A stretch of DNA of 61,260 nucleotides, counting the filler, from Sphacelaria rigidula (lineage: Eukaryota): the NCBI GenBank assembly GCA_964200075.2. It is 7 parts of 7 records of this genome, joined end to end, with 100 filler letters (N's around TTAATTAATTAA, not from the genome) between each part and the next. Parts side by side here need not be neighbours in the genome. Positions count along the whole stretch, not along the records: positions 17,533 to 26,198 come from CAXNAA020010450.1; positions 26,299 to 34,964 come from CAXNAA020010451.1; positions 35,065 to 43,730 come from CAXNAA020010452.1; 4 more parts are not named here. One strand, written 5' to 3'. Positions within the stretch are counted from its first letter, which is position 1; each line of letters opens with the position of its first letter. Both the position numbers and the translations under genes were made by a program. The notes beneath the pieces were generated by a model, which saw only the letters and a list, made by a program, of their open reading frames with translations, had not been told where the DNA came from and searched no databases. Shown piece after piece: positions 23,126 to 36,800 of this stretch.

Positions 23126-25967
23126 GAAGGAAACCACTACTGTTTTGTGCCTGAGAATGATTCTTGTTCTATCCATCACTTCGGTAGTCCACGCCCACCG
23201 GGTTTACGATTATTTTGAAACTGTGCGAAGAGAAGCATGATCACTGCATTCACTGTATTTATCTTCACCGCAAACGTCAAGAGTGCCTATTTTTTGCACT
23301 GCCGATCACAGCAGAATTGTTGATAGCACTGGCTTAGAATGTTCTCTTCACTACTACTGTGGTATCTGGCGTTTTCTCAACGCAAACATGTGATCATCGT
23401 CATATAGGCTGCCTATACATTGCCTTCCTCTCCTGTGTTCATGTTGGCTCATACTGACGAGTGAATCACTGCTCAGAAGGCGTTCCAGTTTTCTTCTTCG
23501 TGGTTTCCATGTGAACTTACCACCTGTCACCTGCAAATAAATTTGAAATATCACAGCTTTTACCCGCTGAACATTGAAAGTGCAACACTTATAAAGTGAG
23601 TGATGATCATTCATTGCCCGCTGGACGCTGAATATCCTACTGTTGCCAGTTCTTTCAGTAAATATAAAACGAATCATGCCTATGCATTGATCGTAACGCT
23701 GGTTGACAGAGCATTCTCGGAAATATACGGTTTCGAACTAACCCTAACCTTGACCCTAACCCAACCAAGGCATTGAAGAACCCTTAGGCAAGGGAGATGA
23801 AAAGGTTGCTCTAGGCCAAGTGTGCGTTGGTCGACCTTAAATCGGAGCCGCAGGCACCGATTTGAGCAAAATCACGTTCTGCGCAAGCTAAGAGCACATC
23901 AGACTGCCAGCCCCTGTGAGGATTCGACTATCGGTTTTTCATTGTAAACTCAGGCAATCAATCAATTTCACGACCAGTGAACAAGCTCCAGTAAAGAAAC
24001 AACCCTGGTGACGCTGAGGTTTGAAATATGATGTACCTGCTGAATATAATATCCCACTCATACCACTCTCCCCCCTCCTGCATGCTTTCCTCCCCTTCTG
24101 CTGCCGGCTCTACCCGAATGAATCCCGGCATCGTGGTGAAATCAGGTTTGTCTCCGCTGTATCGTCGCGAGCATCAAAAGCAAATTATCAGCGAACGGAC
24201 AAGAAAGTAGGGCCGGATTACAAATTAACCGGTGCAATGCGATAAGGATTACAGATGCTGAGTCGTTCTGGACACAGACCAGCGGGTACGAGGGGTGTAT
24301 ATCTTGCGCGAACAAGTGAGCGCCCAGCTGATCAACTGTCTCGCCTCGGAAACAAGTACGTAATGGTCGCTATTGGATTTGTATGACGCGGAAATACAAG
24401 AGTTGACCAATAGATATGGACGTATTGGGAGCTTGAAGTAGCTATAGATTTGAGGTATAAATTTGAGTGAAAACATGTCTTAGGGGCCGGAAGGCAAGTC
24501 TTTGGCACGAGCCCTCCCCCGTCCGCACTCTCTCATCGTCGCTTTGGAGTTCAACAGTAGTACAGTGGAGGTTAATCAAACTTCTTTCTGCATCTGACAA
24601 GTCTACTGCGCCCTCAAGTGTCTCTGGCTTCGGTGCATGAGCGTCAGAAACAAAAAGATCAAGTGAGTTCCCGAGTGTATCATATTTTTTCTCTTTGATT
24701 GTTCCTTTTTTTCTTCGTACATGTTGGTAGATAACACCCGGCCAGAAACCACAAGCCGCAAGCATACAGTAAGAGAAGACTTGATCCCGGGAAGTTATCA
24801 CGCTTTCGATCTTGAGCAGCTAGTATGACAATCCTTTTCCACGTGACACCGGCGATCCCTTCGATGATTTCAGATATTGCCTGAAACTAGACATAAAAAA
24901 ATAGAAGAGTTGGTATTGATACAAAAAATCCAGCATACAAGAACGAGATAGGGAAAACGAAAGAGTGGCATGGTTTAGCGTTCATCACGATGAAGATGGG
25001 ATCTTCAAGTTGCGTTCTCATCTCCAAATTTCATCCTTATACCCTCGAAGAATAATGCCTGAAAAATATATGCCCCAATCGTCTCGAGAGGCAATGTAGA
25101 TACTGCTCGTTGGGTAAATGTTTACAAGATCGCGGATCCAAGAAACCGGAGTAGCTCTTGTGTACCGCCGGCTGTTGACACATGCTGCTCTTGGCTCACC
25201 GAACGATTTCACGGCGAACAAGACATTGCTGTCGTCTGATTTATCATCGTTTTGGCGCTGGTGATCCGATGTAGGCGTCCTCTGCAAAGCGTAGAGGTAG
25301 AAAAAGATATATCGATATGCTGTGACGATCACGTTCGTGGCTGATAGTTCCAATAAGGTGTTGATAGCGCGGAGCATACCGCATAGATCGAAACAAGTCT
25401 ACCCAATAGTTCAAAAGGGAAGAGGTAATACCTCCGGTAGACCTGTAAAGCTGAACTAAACTCGGCCCTATTGTCGTCCTAGGAAGCATACCAGAACACA
25501 CCCTTGAGATATGGTTTCCGAGTCTACACCAGGGTATGACCTGCTTGATTGACCACAATATATTTGTCATGTGGTTTTTCGCTACTAACGTTCATCAGCA
25601 GAAGTACTCCAGATCGCTTGTGCTGAGGAATCTTCATTTTTCGAGATGTTGCAGTTAAGCCCTTTCCGGTACAGTGACCGATGTACTTCTGCACACTAGT
25701 ACCACGGGACATATTTCAGTATACGCCGAACACATCGCGCCGGTCAGTATAGATGTGCGACATATGATGCCGTTAATATGTTAGCCTTCTGATAACGCGA
25801 GTCTCAGAATTAGCTTCTGAGGAATACAGGGACATGCATGTAATTTGGGGAGAAGCCACTGAATATGGATACAAAAGGACTGCGCAAATACTCTAACAAC
25901 TAAAAAAACCTTCGTGCAATAGTCTGGTTGTCTTCGACGTACATACTGTGTGTATCTACGTACGCAC

Positions 25968-25971
25968 TCAC

Positions 25972-26043
<72 letters not shown>
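25968..26043 (+). repeat. Compound (CT)n(CA)n microsatellite
   Basis: Visible directly in the sequence. Confidence 0.95.
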
Positions 26044-26046
<3 letters not shown>

Positions 26047-26079
26047 TTGCGTTATCGATGTAAACAATGGACGACGCGA

Positions 26080-26198
26080 GACACTTTCTACGATAGCCCC
26101 CCCCCACCAAAGTGCATGATTTTGGGAGGCAAAATCTCCACGTAAATCGAAATGGGGAAAGCCGAGCACAACAAGAAGCTGGGAATTCCCACGCTTGG
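26080..26198. mobile_element. Left end of the same MITE family as 19907-20118, cut by the contig end
   Basis: gacactttctacgatagccccc...aagtgcatgattttgggaggcaaaatct...gaattcccacgcttgg. Confidence 0.8.
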
Positions 26199-29100
26199 NN
26201 NNNNNNNNNNNNNNNNNNNNNNNNNNNNNNNNNNNNNNNNNNTTAATTAATTAANNNNNNNNNNNNNNNNNNNNNNNNNNNNNNNNNNNNNNNNNNNNCA
26301 TCGCGCTCCGCGGGCACGTCGGGGCACTACCGGGCTCCAGTTGGCGCACAGCTGATATGCCTCCTGAACACGGAAAAAACAACAAACTAGACAAACAAAA
26401 ATTCTTCCTCGTCACCCTTCTTTGGACTTGGATGCCGCTGTCCACCTCCCCTCACTCCCCCACGAGGTCTCCTACACCGATCGCCCGTTCATTTCACTTG
26501 TCTTTCTCCAACCTTTGACCACGGCTGGATCCGTGGTTGATGAACACGTGCGCAGATATCAAACTTCAAACACCATGCTGGGGGGGTTGGGGGGCGACGA
26601 CACTCTCGTAACTCACTTGCTCGCCTCTTCGGTCATCTCCTTCCCAATGGTCTACCGAATGAGGTCGCCCCAGCGCTTAAAGGCTTTCGTGGTAGAGATT
26701 GCAGCTGGCTGCGTCCACAAAACGGCAGAGGTTTACACCATAGGACAGGGGGATATTGTTCAGGGCGTCGCCGCGGATTCATGTGAACAAACAGTTGTCC
26801 GGGAAATGAGTTTAACATGCGGTGACACGACGCCTACTCGTAATCCTTCCTATATCTGGCTAGAAAAAGAATATGAGACGGCGTTCCTACGGATTTACTG
26901 AAATATTCCGCGGAATTCGTGTGCATGGATTCTGAAAGAATTCCGCGCCCGGGTCGCACAGCTGAAAAGAGGCTACGTGCACAACGCGGCAGAGATTTTC
27001 ACAGTACGACCGGCGGCAGGATGCCCAGCGCATCGTCGCGGATCATCAAAGGGATCGTTTGGCACCTCGATGTCGACTCATCACATCCTGGAGCTGGACA
27101 AACAGTTGGCAATAAAACAAGTTGGACATGCAGCACTGCACCGCGTCCTTGGGCCCCCGATTTGTCGCTGAAAAATACAACTCACGTATGTCCATGCAGG
27201 TTTTCTACAATATTCCATAGTACTGGTGTGCGAAATCTCTCGAGGGATCTCGCACCCGGGTTGTACAACGTGCCGCAGGTGGCGTGCACAACACGGCAGA
27301 CGTTTACACTAAAGGATGGGAGGGAAGATATTCAATTTACGCCGCGGATACATTTCGACAGATGGCCGTCGAATAAGGCAGACATACAGAGACGCCACAT
27401 TGCCTCCTGGGACCCCGAGGATGTGGTAAAAAAAGCAAAATTCAAGAAAGGGCCTTCGTACAGAGTTGCAAATATCACAGGCTACCCATGGGCGAGATCG
27501 GGGTCCGACTGGAAAAAAACGGTAACCACTAGGAAGTACATGTTGGTCCTTCACCCTCAAGCGGTCTGCACAGCATGCCTCAAACACAGCACTGTACATT
27601 GAAGTCTACCTCTAGTCTCTGGACTACTGACTGTGCACTATCTGATGCGAAAACCAGCCCTCACCATCGTTGAGGGTTGTGCGGCCCATCATGTCGGCGA
27701 TCAACCACGGCGGACAGAAGTTATAGTGATCTTCGAAGAATTTCCGGCATGCAGGGACCGCGAAATTCTTGTAGCTTGGCGCGCCTTCTCGGTGTTTCTC
27801 TTCCGTCGACATGGCCCTGGCCTGCCGGATCCCAGTCCATACATACCAGACAGCGACGTTTTGCACCGTCCGCAACACCGCCAACAAAGGCTCCGACGTG
27901 TTTGGTGCGCACGACAGTGCTAGCCGTTTCACGGCCCACGACAGCCGTTTTTCTGTCGCGTCGCTCATGTTCAGCATCAGTGTTTGACTCGTGGTGAGAT
28001 TGTAGTGGTCGAGTGCGCGCTGAAGGTTGACCGTCGATTGCTCTTAAGTGAGGCCGTGCCGGACTGTGGGCGGATGCGCGCGTGCACCCCTTCCAGAGCA
28101 TGACCCTTCCTGTAGAAAACTGCTCCTCAAAAATTCTTGTTGCCATAAAACGGTCACCCCGATTTTGAGTCCACGAATTTGAGTCCCCCCGATTTTTTTC
28201 AAAATCGGGGCCCCAACAAAATCGAGATTCGTTGCCATAAAAGTGGGTCTTACTGCTAGCGCACGGTAAAGTTCTGTATTTTCAATAAGATTAGGGGGGT
28301 ACCTTGGATGCCCTCTACTCTTATGCCTGTGCAAAATAAGAATTTGGATTTAAGCACTCCAGCTGGATTCGGAGAGAAGACAGGACGCCGAGTCTCGCTC
28401 TAAATAAGAGTTTCTCAAGATCTGTTGTGCTCTGTACACCGTACTTTCCTTTGATCTCGCTCCACGTTGGTGGTCATTGGAACCCGGGTGCAGATTCCCA
28501 ACATGCGATCGTTGCGCCTCAAAGAGCACCAGGTGCGTGTGGTACCTTTCTTCATTGACCACACAACCCCCCGAATCACACATTCCCCATGGCCAGATGT
28601 CGCACGTCGTGAATCTTCATGACATGGTCACGACCGCCATCTACGTACTACAGTAGTACTGTACACAGTGTATATTCTTGCAGCCGGCGCAGTTCACACC
28701 CGAGCATAACACAATACACCGTACTGCACTGCACTGCACCGCACTCCGCTGCATGAAGTTGTGTTGTTCTGTGCAGCGCTGGGATGCATGATGTTGTCCT
28801 GCGCGGGGCTGTACTAATAATCCTGTACTGGGATGAACAGCTTGTACAACGGAAAGGGGGCTGGGCTCTCTGCAGCACACACGTACCGGCGCGGAGCAAA
28901 ATTCAAACTTTTCAAACATTAGTCAACTCCTTTCATCTGCTACGTGGATGGATTTCGGTAAAGACTTTTGCAATGGAATTTCTTCTCTGTGTAGATGGTC
29001 GAACCGTCCGCTGTATCTCTCTGCCCGCGGTGTTTCGCGAGCGTAGTGCTCTGCCCTAGGGAGGTCAGGTTTCACAGGAGGGAGGGGGGCGGGGGGGGGT

Positions 29101-32100
29101 CCACCCTAGGTGGCACGGATTCTGCCATACCTCCCTGCATAGAGCACTGTTGTCATTTGAATCTGCGAGAGGAAATGCCTATCTATATATCTACATACCT
29201 TGATCCTCCACGTGCATGCTCCCTCCGCCCGCGCAATGCTGTTTCGGCCGCTGCTGCATGCACAGGATATGCGAACCATCCTTGCGAAATCGGGACGCTG
29301 CCATCATCCACCGTTTTTGGCGGAGGCGTTTTAAAGACTGTTGATAGAAAAGACTCCTTGGCGCAACACTGATCATATTCTAATATAGACCAGTAGTCTG
29401 TATATAGTATAATCATACTGGATGCGCCAGACGATGAAGTAGAAAGCTCTCGTAAAATAAGCTGAAATGTGAGCCAAGGCGTTGGTGCTTGGCCAAGCCT
29501 TGACCGAGCCTCTTATTATTATTTCCGCTCTGTCCCGACAAAAGCAATGGAAAACAACAATAAAGTTAATCACTTACGTTTAATTATTTCATAACTACCT
29601 GTACCTATGAACTCGGTGCCTTCCGCACCCACATCATCACACCCTACATTACAAAAGCCAGCACATCGCTAACAGCGATGACCACTATCATCAAGCACCG
29701 CAAGAAGGTATGTACCGCTTCGATGAATAGATTACTGGCTCCCTATGAGTTTTGCCTTGAGTACGCTCATGGTGTGTGCCTCTAGTTGTGTACTGCGACC
29801 TGTCTCCTGGAGCACAGTTTCAGCTCACAGGCGGTATTTTGTGGTGGTGAGAGGTGGTGGGGATGAACAGGAGGAGCACACCACCGTAGTTGAGGCAGGT
29901 ACGAGCTGTAGTTACGCCTTTCGCTGATGGTTGACACGGCATTCGAAGCAGTACAGTCGACCGTCCGGCAGGGCGCTGCACTGTGCGATACTGAATTGCA
30001 GGTTTTCCGTACCGTACAGAGAGATGTTGCTCGGCACCGTCCGAGGCACGAACCCACTACTTGATAAAACAGTCCGAACAGTCTCGTTGCGTGTACCTCA
30101 TGTCAGACTGCTATTTCGAATTGTTTCATGTACACATCGATTGGTTTCGCTGATGATGCTTCCGTCATGATCCCTCACTGAAGGTTGGAAGGTTGATGAG
30201 CTGGCATCAGCGTGTTGGCGGCTCGGCCTCATACAAGATGCCTACACACTGGGCTTCTGTCCGCCGGAACCCCAAGCCTCATGACTGTACCATGCCTTTT
30301 TTTGCGCCGACCTCCCACATCACTGCCATCTTCAGGCATTGAGGGAATAATGAGCACTGGATGTGCAAAGGAGATGAGCCACGTCGGGGAGGAGGCCTTG
30401 GCGTGAGGGGGGACGATGCAGTATCCCCTGTGATACCTCTGGTGGGGGTGAGGTGACCTCCAGATTCTTGCTGATGGACGTGACGTGCGACAGTCACCGA
30501 GGTATGTCCGTACAAGCTGTAGTAGTGTAAGGGATCAATCCGCACACGTCCTCTCCTACGTTCTCCCATAAGCGGGGTGTACACCTGAGGGTATCGAATA
30601 GCCTTCCATCACGTACATCCTCGAGCGCGCAGGAGCTCACCAGTATACCACCCGGTGATTGTCTTGATATCGGATAAGCCCATTATTGACGACTACCATC
30701 TTTCCGCCACTCCCTTCGTGCATGAAGTCGGATGTATTTTGAAAAAACTGACACGTCGAGCTTGGATCTGGATGGCACCCTTGTATTCTCTGTCGAGTTG
30801 TTGGGCCTACATTGTACTGTCTTCAGGATTGGAGCTCCGGTGCCTTGCCTATCGTCCACGCGCTGGGGTGTCATTGTTTCAAACTTTTTTCTCCGCGACC
30901 CAGTACAAGAGAAGAATCTGCACGTTTCGAAGCCGGACAAGTCTACACCGAAAGTGGCTTGGACATCGGTCAAAATATCGTTGCTAGAAAAACTTGCCCC
31001 AAAATGGGGTGGCTCGGGGTTTTGGGTGGGAGGGGTTTGCGATGGACCTGCCCACGTTGCACGAGTTCCGTCTGGTCGAACTTCCTCTCAATAACCTCGC
31101 GCACATTTGTCATCTTGGTCATACCAAGAGCACGTACTAGATGTGGGTATCGGGTGGGTATTGGGCAAATTCCTCCCACAGCATCTCATGCAAGGCACCG
31201 TAGATGACCGTTTCCGATGCAACCCCAGCCGAGATGATGCCCACCACCCACGTGCTGATGGAATGTAACAGGGGGTGGCGCTTGTACACGTGCCTCAAGT
31301 GGGGAAACGATCGTGCGGTGGAGTTGGGATGAGGATGGGAGTGATATCCCGTGTCACGAACACTGCATGCGAAAAGGTGTGTACAGTATTCGTTTTTTTT
31401 GTTGGTTCGGTACATGGACTCTGTGGTTGCACCTCGAGCGTGTTGGTCCTGTGAGCGCAATATAAAGGTAATTTACGCCTGATCAAAATGATGACGAATT
31501 CATTCGTGAGGACCAATAATTCAGACCCGCTGAGGGTGTAACATTTCTCCAAGTAATTGGGGTTGGTTATTGGTGACTGCTGTACGAGTGCAGTGGCCAC
31601 ATCTGTGAAATGAAATTAACAGATCCCATCGTCATACATGGTCGACATGGTGATGACGGTTACTCTCTTCGATCGAGTCTCTGAATTGCAATGTGGGATG
31701 TTGGACTGGTCCAGTGAGCACGAAATTTAATTAAACTCTCAGCCTTCGGGTGTTGCAGAAAATATGTCGAATTGGTGAGGACCAGTCTAGACCCTGCTGG
31801 GTTGTACATAGCCCCCGCATGAGTGGCCAAGTATCATGCCAAGTCTGTAGTCGTCGGTGGAGCCGAGTGTAAATGAACAGGGCAGCGTGAGAGTACACCT
31901 TCACCTGTCATTTCTGGGTGACCCATGAGCTGTCGAACGTTTGCATGATTCTTTTCACCTAACTCGTGGTCCCAACTTTGCCACTGACGTGGACTAGCGT
32001 CTCGAATGTGTGAGGGTGTCGAGTGATCTCAACTCTCGAACTGTGCGGGGGTTTCATGATGTTAACCCTCCGTTTGCCCCCCCCCTTTCATGCTTTGGCT

Positions 32101-34008
32101 CACGTGCGTGAAATGCCTCTCTTCGTGTCCCCTGAATCCTCAGCTCTGCTGGACCGTCGGGACTACGTCGAGTACAAAATGTGTCCCGTCTCGGAGCTCA
32201 ACACGAAGACTCGTAGACCCATATGAACACGGGCGATCTATTCACCGATGTTTTTCCGGGTGTAGCCTTTCAGGGTCATCGGATCCGACGCCGAAGATTT
32301 TTGGGCAGAGGCGAGTAGTGGAGTCGTGTAGTCTTTGTTCAACCCACCGCGTTGGTGAGCAATCATTTGGCTGACCAGTTGCCTCAAGTTTATTGTACTT
32401 GGGTGGTATGACTTGATGGAGCCGCGGTGGTCGGAAGTAATTCATCGATTCCTGTGCAGTCGAAATAATGGCTTGCCGTGGATTGAAGTATCGAGTGACA
32501 CTGAATACACACAGGCTTGTTTCGGAGGCCAGTATTGGATTTCTGCCGCTCATTGCAAGGATTTGGGAGGTGGAGAAAATCCACAGGGTGTCTGGAGAAT
32601 TGGCGAGGTGTGGAAGTTCAGATGAGAATCGTTTGTCGGGGGAGAAACGTAACTCTAGGCACCATGAACCTATCGGAAAACGAGGTAGATCAAAGGTGTG
32701 GCGGAGGATTGAAGTGGAAGCAGATTCGTCGTCCGAGATGGCCGTACCCCTCGACCTGAGCACCCGCGACTGATATTGGGCGGAACATGTGAACTCCTCG
32801 GAGCTTGGCTGCCTCAACAGTCCTACTCACGATGCACGACAGTACTGTGTTGAGTACCACCGGAGAAGATGTCCAATATGAGACTGGAGCGAGAACCGGA
32901 CCGGAGTCGAGAGCGATTTCTCCCTCGGCAGATGTTCGATACACGGCACCGACTTACACCAAAAGCCTCGTGATATATTGACGGATCTTTCCCCCTCGGG
33001 AATTACATCCATACAGCAAGCCATGTCGGTGCCTCCACGTGCCGAAACTTCCACCACATGGTGTGTAATCCACAACCATCGACCCCATCCTACTGAATCT
33101 GGGGTTGCGCGGTGTGTGCGTACGAACTGGAGCGAAAATATGCCGGATTCCGTTTTTTTCCACATTTTTCCCTTGGCGTGAGACTGGCACAGCGTCCGGC
33201 ACCCGATGACCACTTTGCATGGCAGCAAATCTCGAATCTGGCGGGACTCGATCTTGTGCCGAATCGGGGGGACCCAGATTCGTGAGACATATTCGTGTAT
33301 ACCCCTGGCTTGGCTTCACAGATTTTTGTTGAAACTGTTGTAACATGTATGTCAATTTAGAGGTGAGTGTGGTTGCACAGTATTGAAGCCGAAGAACATG
33401 TGGGCAGGGAACCATCCTTCAAGAGCGACGTCGTACCATGGTACTTGGAGTATAATGTGCAGTCACGAGACTGTCCGCTGCTGGCTGTTCTTCCTAGAAT
33501 ACGTCAGTTGCTACAACTTCGGAGGATGTCACCTTACGTCAGTTGCTAGGATCGGTGCTCAGATTCGTGTAAAATCGTTCTCAAATCGTGAACGAATCTG
33601 AGCTTTCCCGATCTGTGCCAACTTATGGTCCATCCAAGGCGTTTCCAGATCCGAGGTCCCCCAATGTGCGTACAGATCCGTGTTTCCCACTGCCATACGG
33701 GCTGGGCCATCCTAGAGGCGAATTTGTAGTTTGCAGGCCTACGCTCTTTGAAACATTTACACTTAGTCCCTGAAATTTGGTATGGACAGTACACAAAGCA
33801 AGAGAAAAATATTACCCAAGTACCAAAAGTTTTTTTTCATGAGTTGAGGGTAATAATCAGATTTCCCCTAATTGTCATAAATATTTCGTATCATGGCCAA
33901 AAATAAAACGCGGAAAATGTATTTCAGAGTTTTCCCCTCCTTTTTACGCCCCGGAAGAGGGGTGAGCGTAACTTGACACCTTAATATAACTTGCTCTAGT
34001 GACCGGGT

Positions 34009-34080
34009 GCGCCGCTGGCTCAGTTGGCAACCTCGTGATCTCATGATGGTGGAGTCGGGGGGTTCAATTCCCCGGAGCGA
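34009..34080 (+). pseudogene. tRNA-Met(CAT)-like relic / tRNA-derived SINE head
   Basis: A box TGGCTCAGTTGG, loop CTCATGA and B box GGTTCAATTCC with tRNA-like spacing; acceptor, D and anticodon stems are broken. Confidence 0.5.
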
Positions 34081-36800
34081 TCTGTTAACTTTTCTCAGAC
34101 CAACCAAGGCGTGGGTACACAAAATTCGACTTACGGCCGACGAGGGAAAGAGATTGCTTAAACCCCTCTCGCGTTGCAAAAAAAGAGGAAAGTACTGCGA
34201 AAGGGAGGTGGGCCATTGAAAACACGGAGAGTAGGGGTCTGTGACCTTCGTCCTGTGTTACCCCGGCTGATGAACGCACATACACCGGAAGGTGTAGACT
34301 GGTGCCCAGAATTAATGGGACGACAACACAATTACACGCACTCTAGTGGTTGAGGCGGTTCCAGGACATCGTTCCCCGGTCGTCGCAGTTTGCATTTGGG
34401 CCAAAGAATTTCTCTGCCGAAACTGTAAAATAGTCAAGTCCAGAAAAAAATGCCACTTTTCTCTGGACTTGACTGTTTTTCATCATTGTTGAACAAGAAC
34501 GCTTGTTTAGCCAAAATGAAAACTGGGGCCACCGGAAAACGCGAAGATGTTCAGAGACCACCTCAACTAGTAAATCAAGCCATTCCAGGGTGCCAAACTT
34601 CCCCTAGATCTCCTTTTGGGGCGTAAAACGACGCTAAAGCTCCAAAAAGACACTTTTCCAGGTTTTTATTTTGGGCAATATACAAAAAAGGGTAGACCCT
34701 TATGCTTTTGGAGCAAAAAAGGGTGGCGCATTTTCCGCTTTGGGGCGCGGCGCTGCACGCTGGCCAAACACCTCGTAAACACGTTCCAGCACCTCAGCCC
34801 CACGCCCAAGGTCCCTGGGCAGCATACCCGACCATTGTTTTTCACTTTCACAAGTGTTACTGGGCTAAATTACCGCGCCGAAAATGAGAGCCTGGGAGAG
34901 TACCCTTTTTTGTAAGCAAAACAGGAGGGTACACCCTGCCCTTTGCTAAAAATTTATATCTACCNNNNNNNNNNNNNNNNNNNNNNNNNNNNNNNNNNNN
35001 NNNNNNNNTTAATTAATTAANNNNNNNNNNNNNNNNNNNNNNNNNNNNNNNNNNNNNNNNNNNNCCCCGCCCCGCGGTGGTGTGATGCCTATGGCATGGA
35101 TGGGCACTCGTTCCCCCCCCCCCCCGCCCTAGCCTGGTCCGGCGATAACCCGGCGTGCTCCGTCCCGGCTTTGTAGGGACGGACCCCCGATGGGGTTGGC
35201 GTCGGTTGGCGATGACGCTATAAAACACGCCACTCACTACGTAAGCTAGGCAACCCAGTTACCGAATGCTTTGCGCGCTTGCGTTTTTTTGCGGTAACCA
35301 TGATGGTAGTCGAGTTAGATCATGTTGTGCGGCGTGGGTGAACCGCAACTCCGCACAATAGGGATGATCGTATCATGTAGTTTTTATTTTTCGCTCCAAC
35401 TTCACCACTTTTCCATTTGGTGTGCGCTTTTCTTTGCCTCTAACACTGTCGTGTACTTGCAGCTACACGTTGTCGATATACTCAGGGTTATGGAAGGCTT
35501 CAGCGGTAAGCTACTACAGAAAACGTATCGGGGCTCGTATAAGGCCCGGAGGGGCATTTCGGAACCCAAATGATTGCATGAATTATTTGACCGCTTCTCA
35601 CTCTCAATCGTATCCCAGACTTCTCAAACTCTCGATAACATTGTCGTAATTGTGTTCATTTTACACAAAACAATGTAGGTGCGGTAGCTGTTCAACTTAT
35701 TCCCTCAAGAATTGCTGGAAAATACGAAAATGTGGCAGTAGTACAACCAAATTATAATCTTACGGGTACTGGTTTCGACTGCTTTTTCGATCCAAATCGG
35801 AAGCTACCGACGGCGTTCGATAAAAAAGGCGGGGTATTGGCCTGCAATTGGTAGAAACCCTTGATCACAGTCACCTCGCTCCCCGTGTACACAATCTGTT
35901 CTATTGCACCGCAGTGGCGCGTTCATTCAAATCCGCGGTCAACGGAGGGCAGATGCCTGCGCAACCACACACACAAACATCATTGCTCTGGTGGACACTG
36001 CAATCATGAACGACTGGAGATAATTCCATCCCATGCTCGACAAAGCAGATCATTGATGCAATCCCTCGAATGGCGAGAAACCCGAGGTACGGCATGCCAG
36101 TAAAGCAAAAGTAATCACCAGGGGAAAACTATATGATATATTCAATATGTTGGTACTTATATATCTTCAGACATACGGAGAGGCAATAGCAGAGGAGCCA
36201 TAAGCGAAAAAAGGGAACACGCACCCTGCAACGGGACATGCAAAGGAAACATGGAGTATGACGCTCAACCCACTACATCAAGTCAGGGTCTCACATACGG
36301 CACACACACGAAAGAAAACCAGAACAGACACATCGTCGCCTGTAACTCCCAACACACTTCGTATTACAGCATTATTGTACACTGCACATATACGCGGTAG
36401 GAGTACAAGCCAATACACAAAAACACGCTTGAATCCGCGATAAGTGCGTCCCCCATCGTGCGGTCAGCATCATTGCATGTCGCCAGTGCTCCTCAAACGC
36501 GAAAAAGAACTTTGAACGGAAGTTGGACTAGATCGTGGTGTTCAATGCAGCCGCTTAGCTCGGTCGGAAAGGGAAAAGACGAGCGACCCCTCGAAGAAAG
36601 CTCCAACACATCTCTCACTTCACACTATAGTTCGCTCTGAGATTTTACTCTGAGGTTTTACTCTGAGATTTATCCTTGAAACAAAACAAACTACAAATAA
36701 ATTCGGTAACTAAATATCTATACCGACAGTACTCCGGACATCCACCACATGCACAAAATACGACTTCACAATAAACCTACTGATGGTAACGATGACGATG

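Noticed and set aside
26919..27602. 227-aa plus-strand ORF
   Set aside because: It overlaps degenerate direct repeats and has no recognisable domain or coding bias.
34009..34080. Functional tRNA-Met gene
   Set aside because: The acceptor, D and anticodon stems do not pair properly; kept only as a pseudogene or SINE head.
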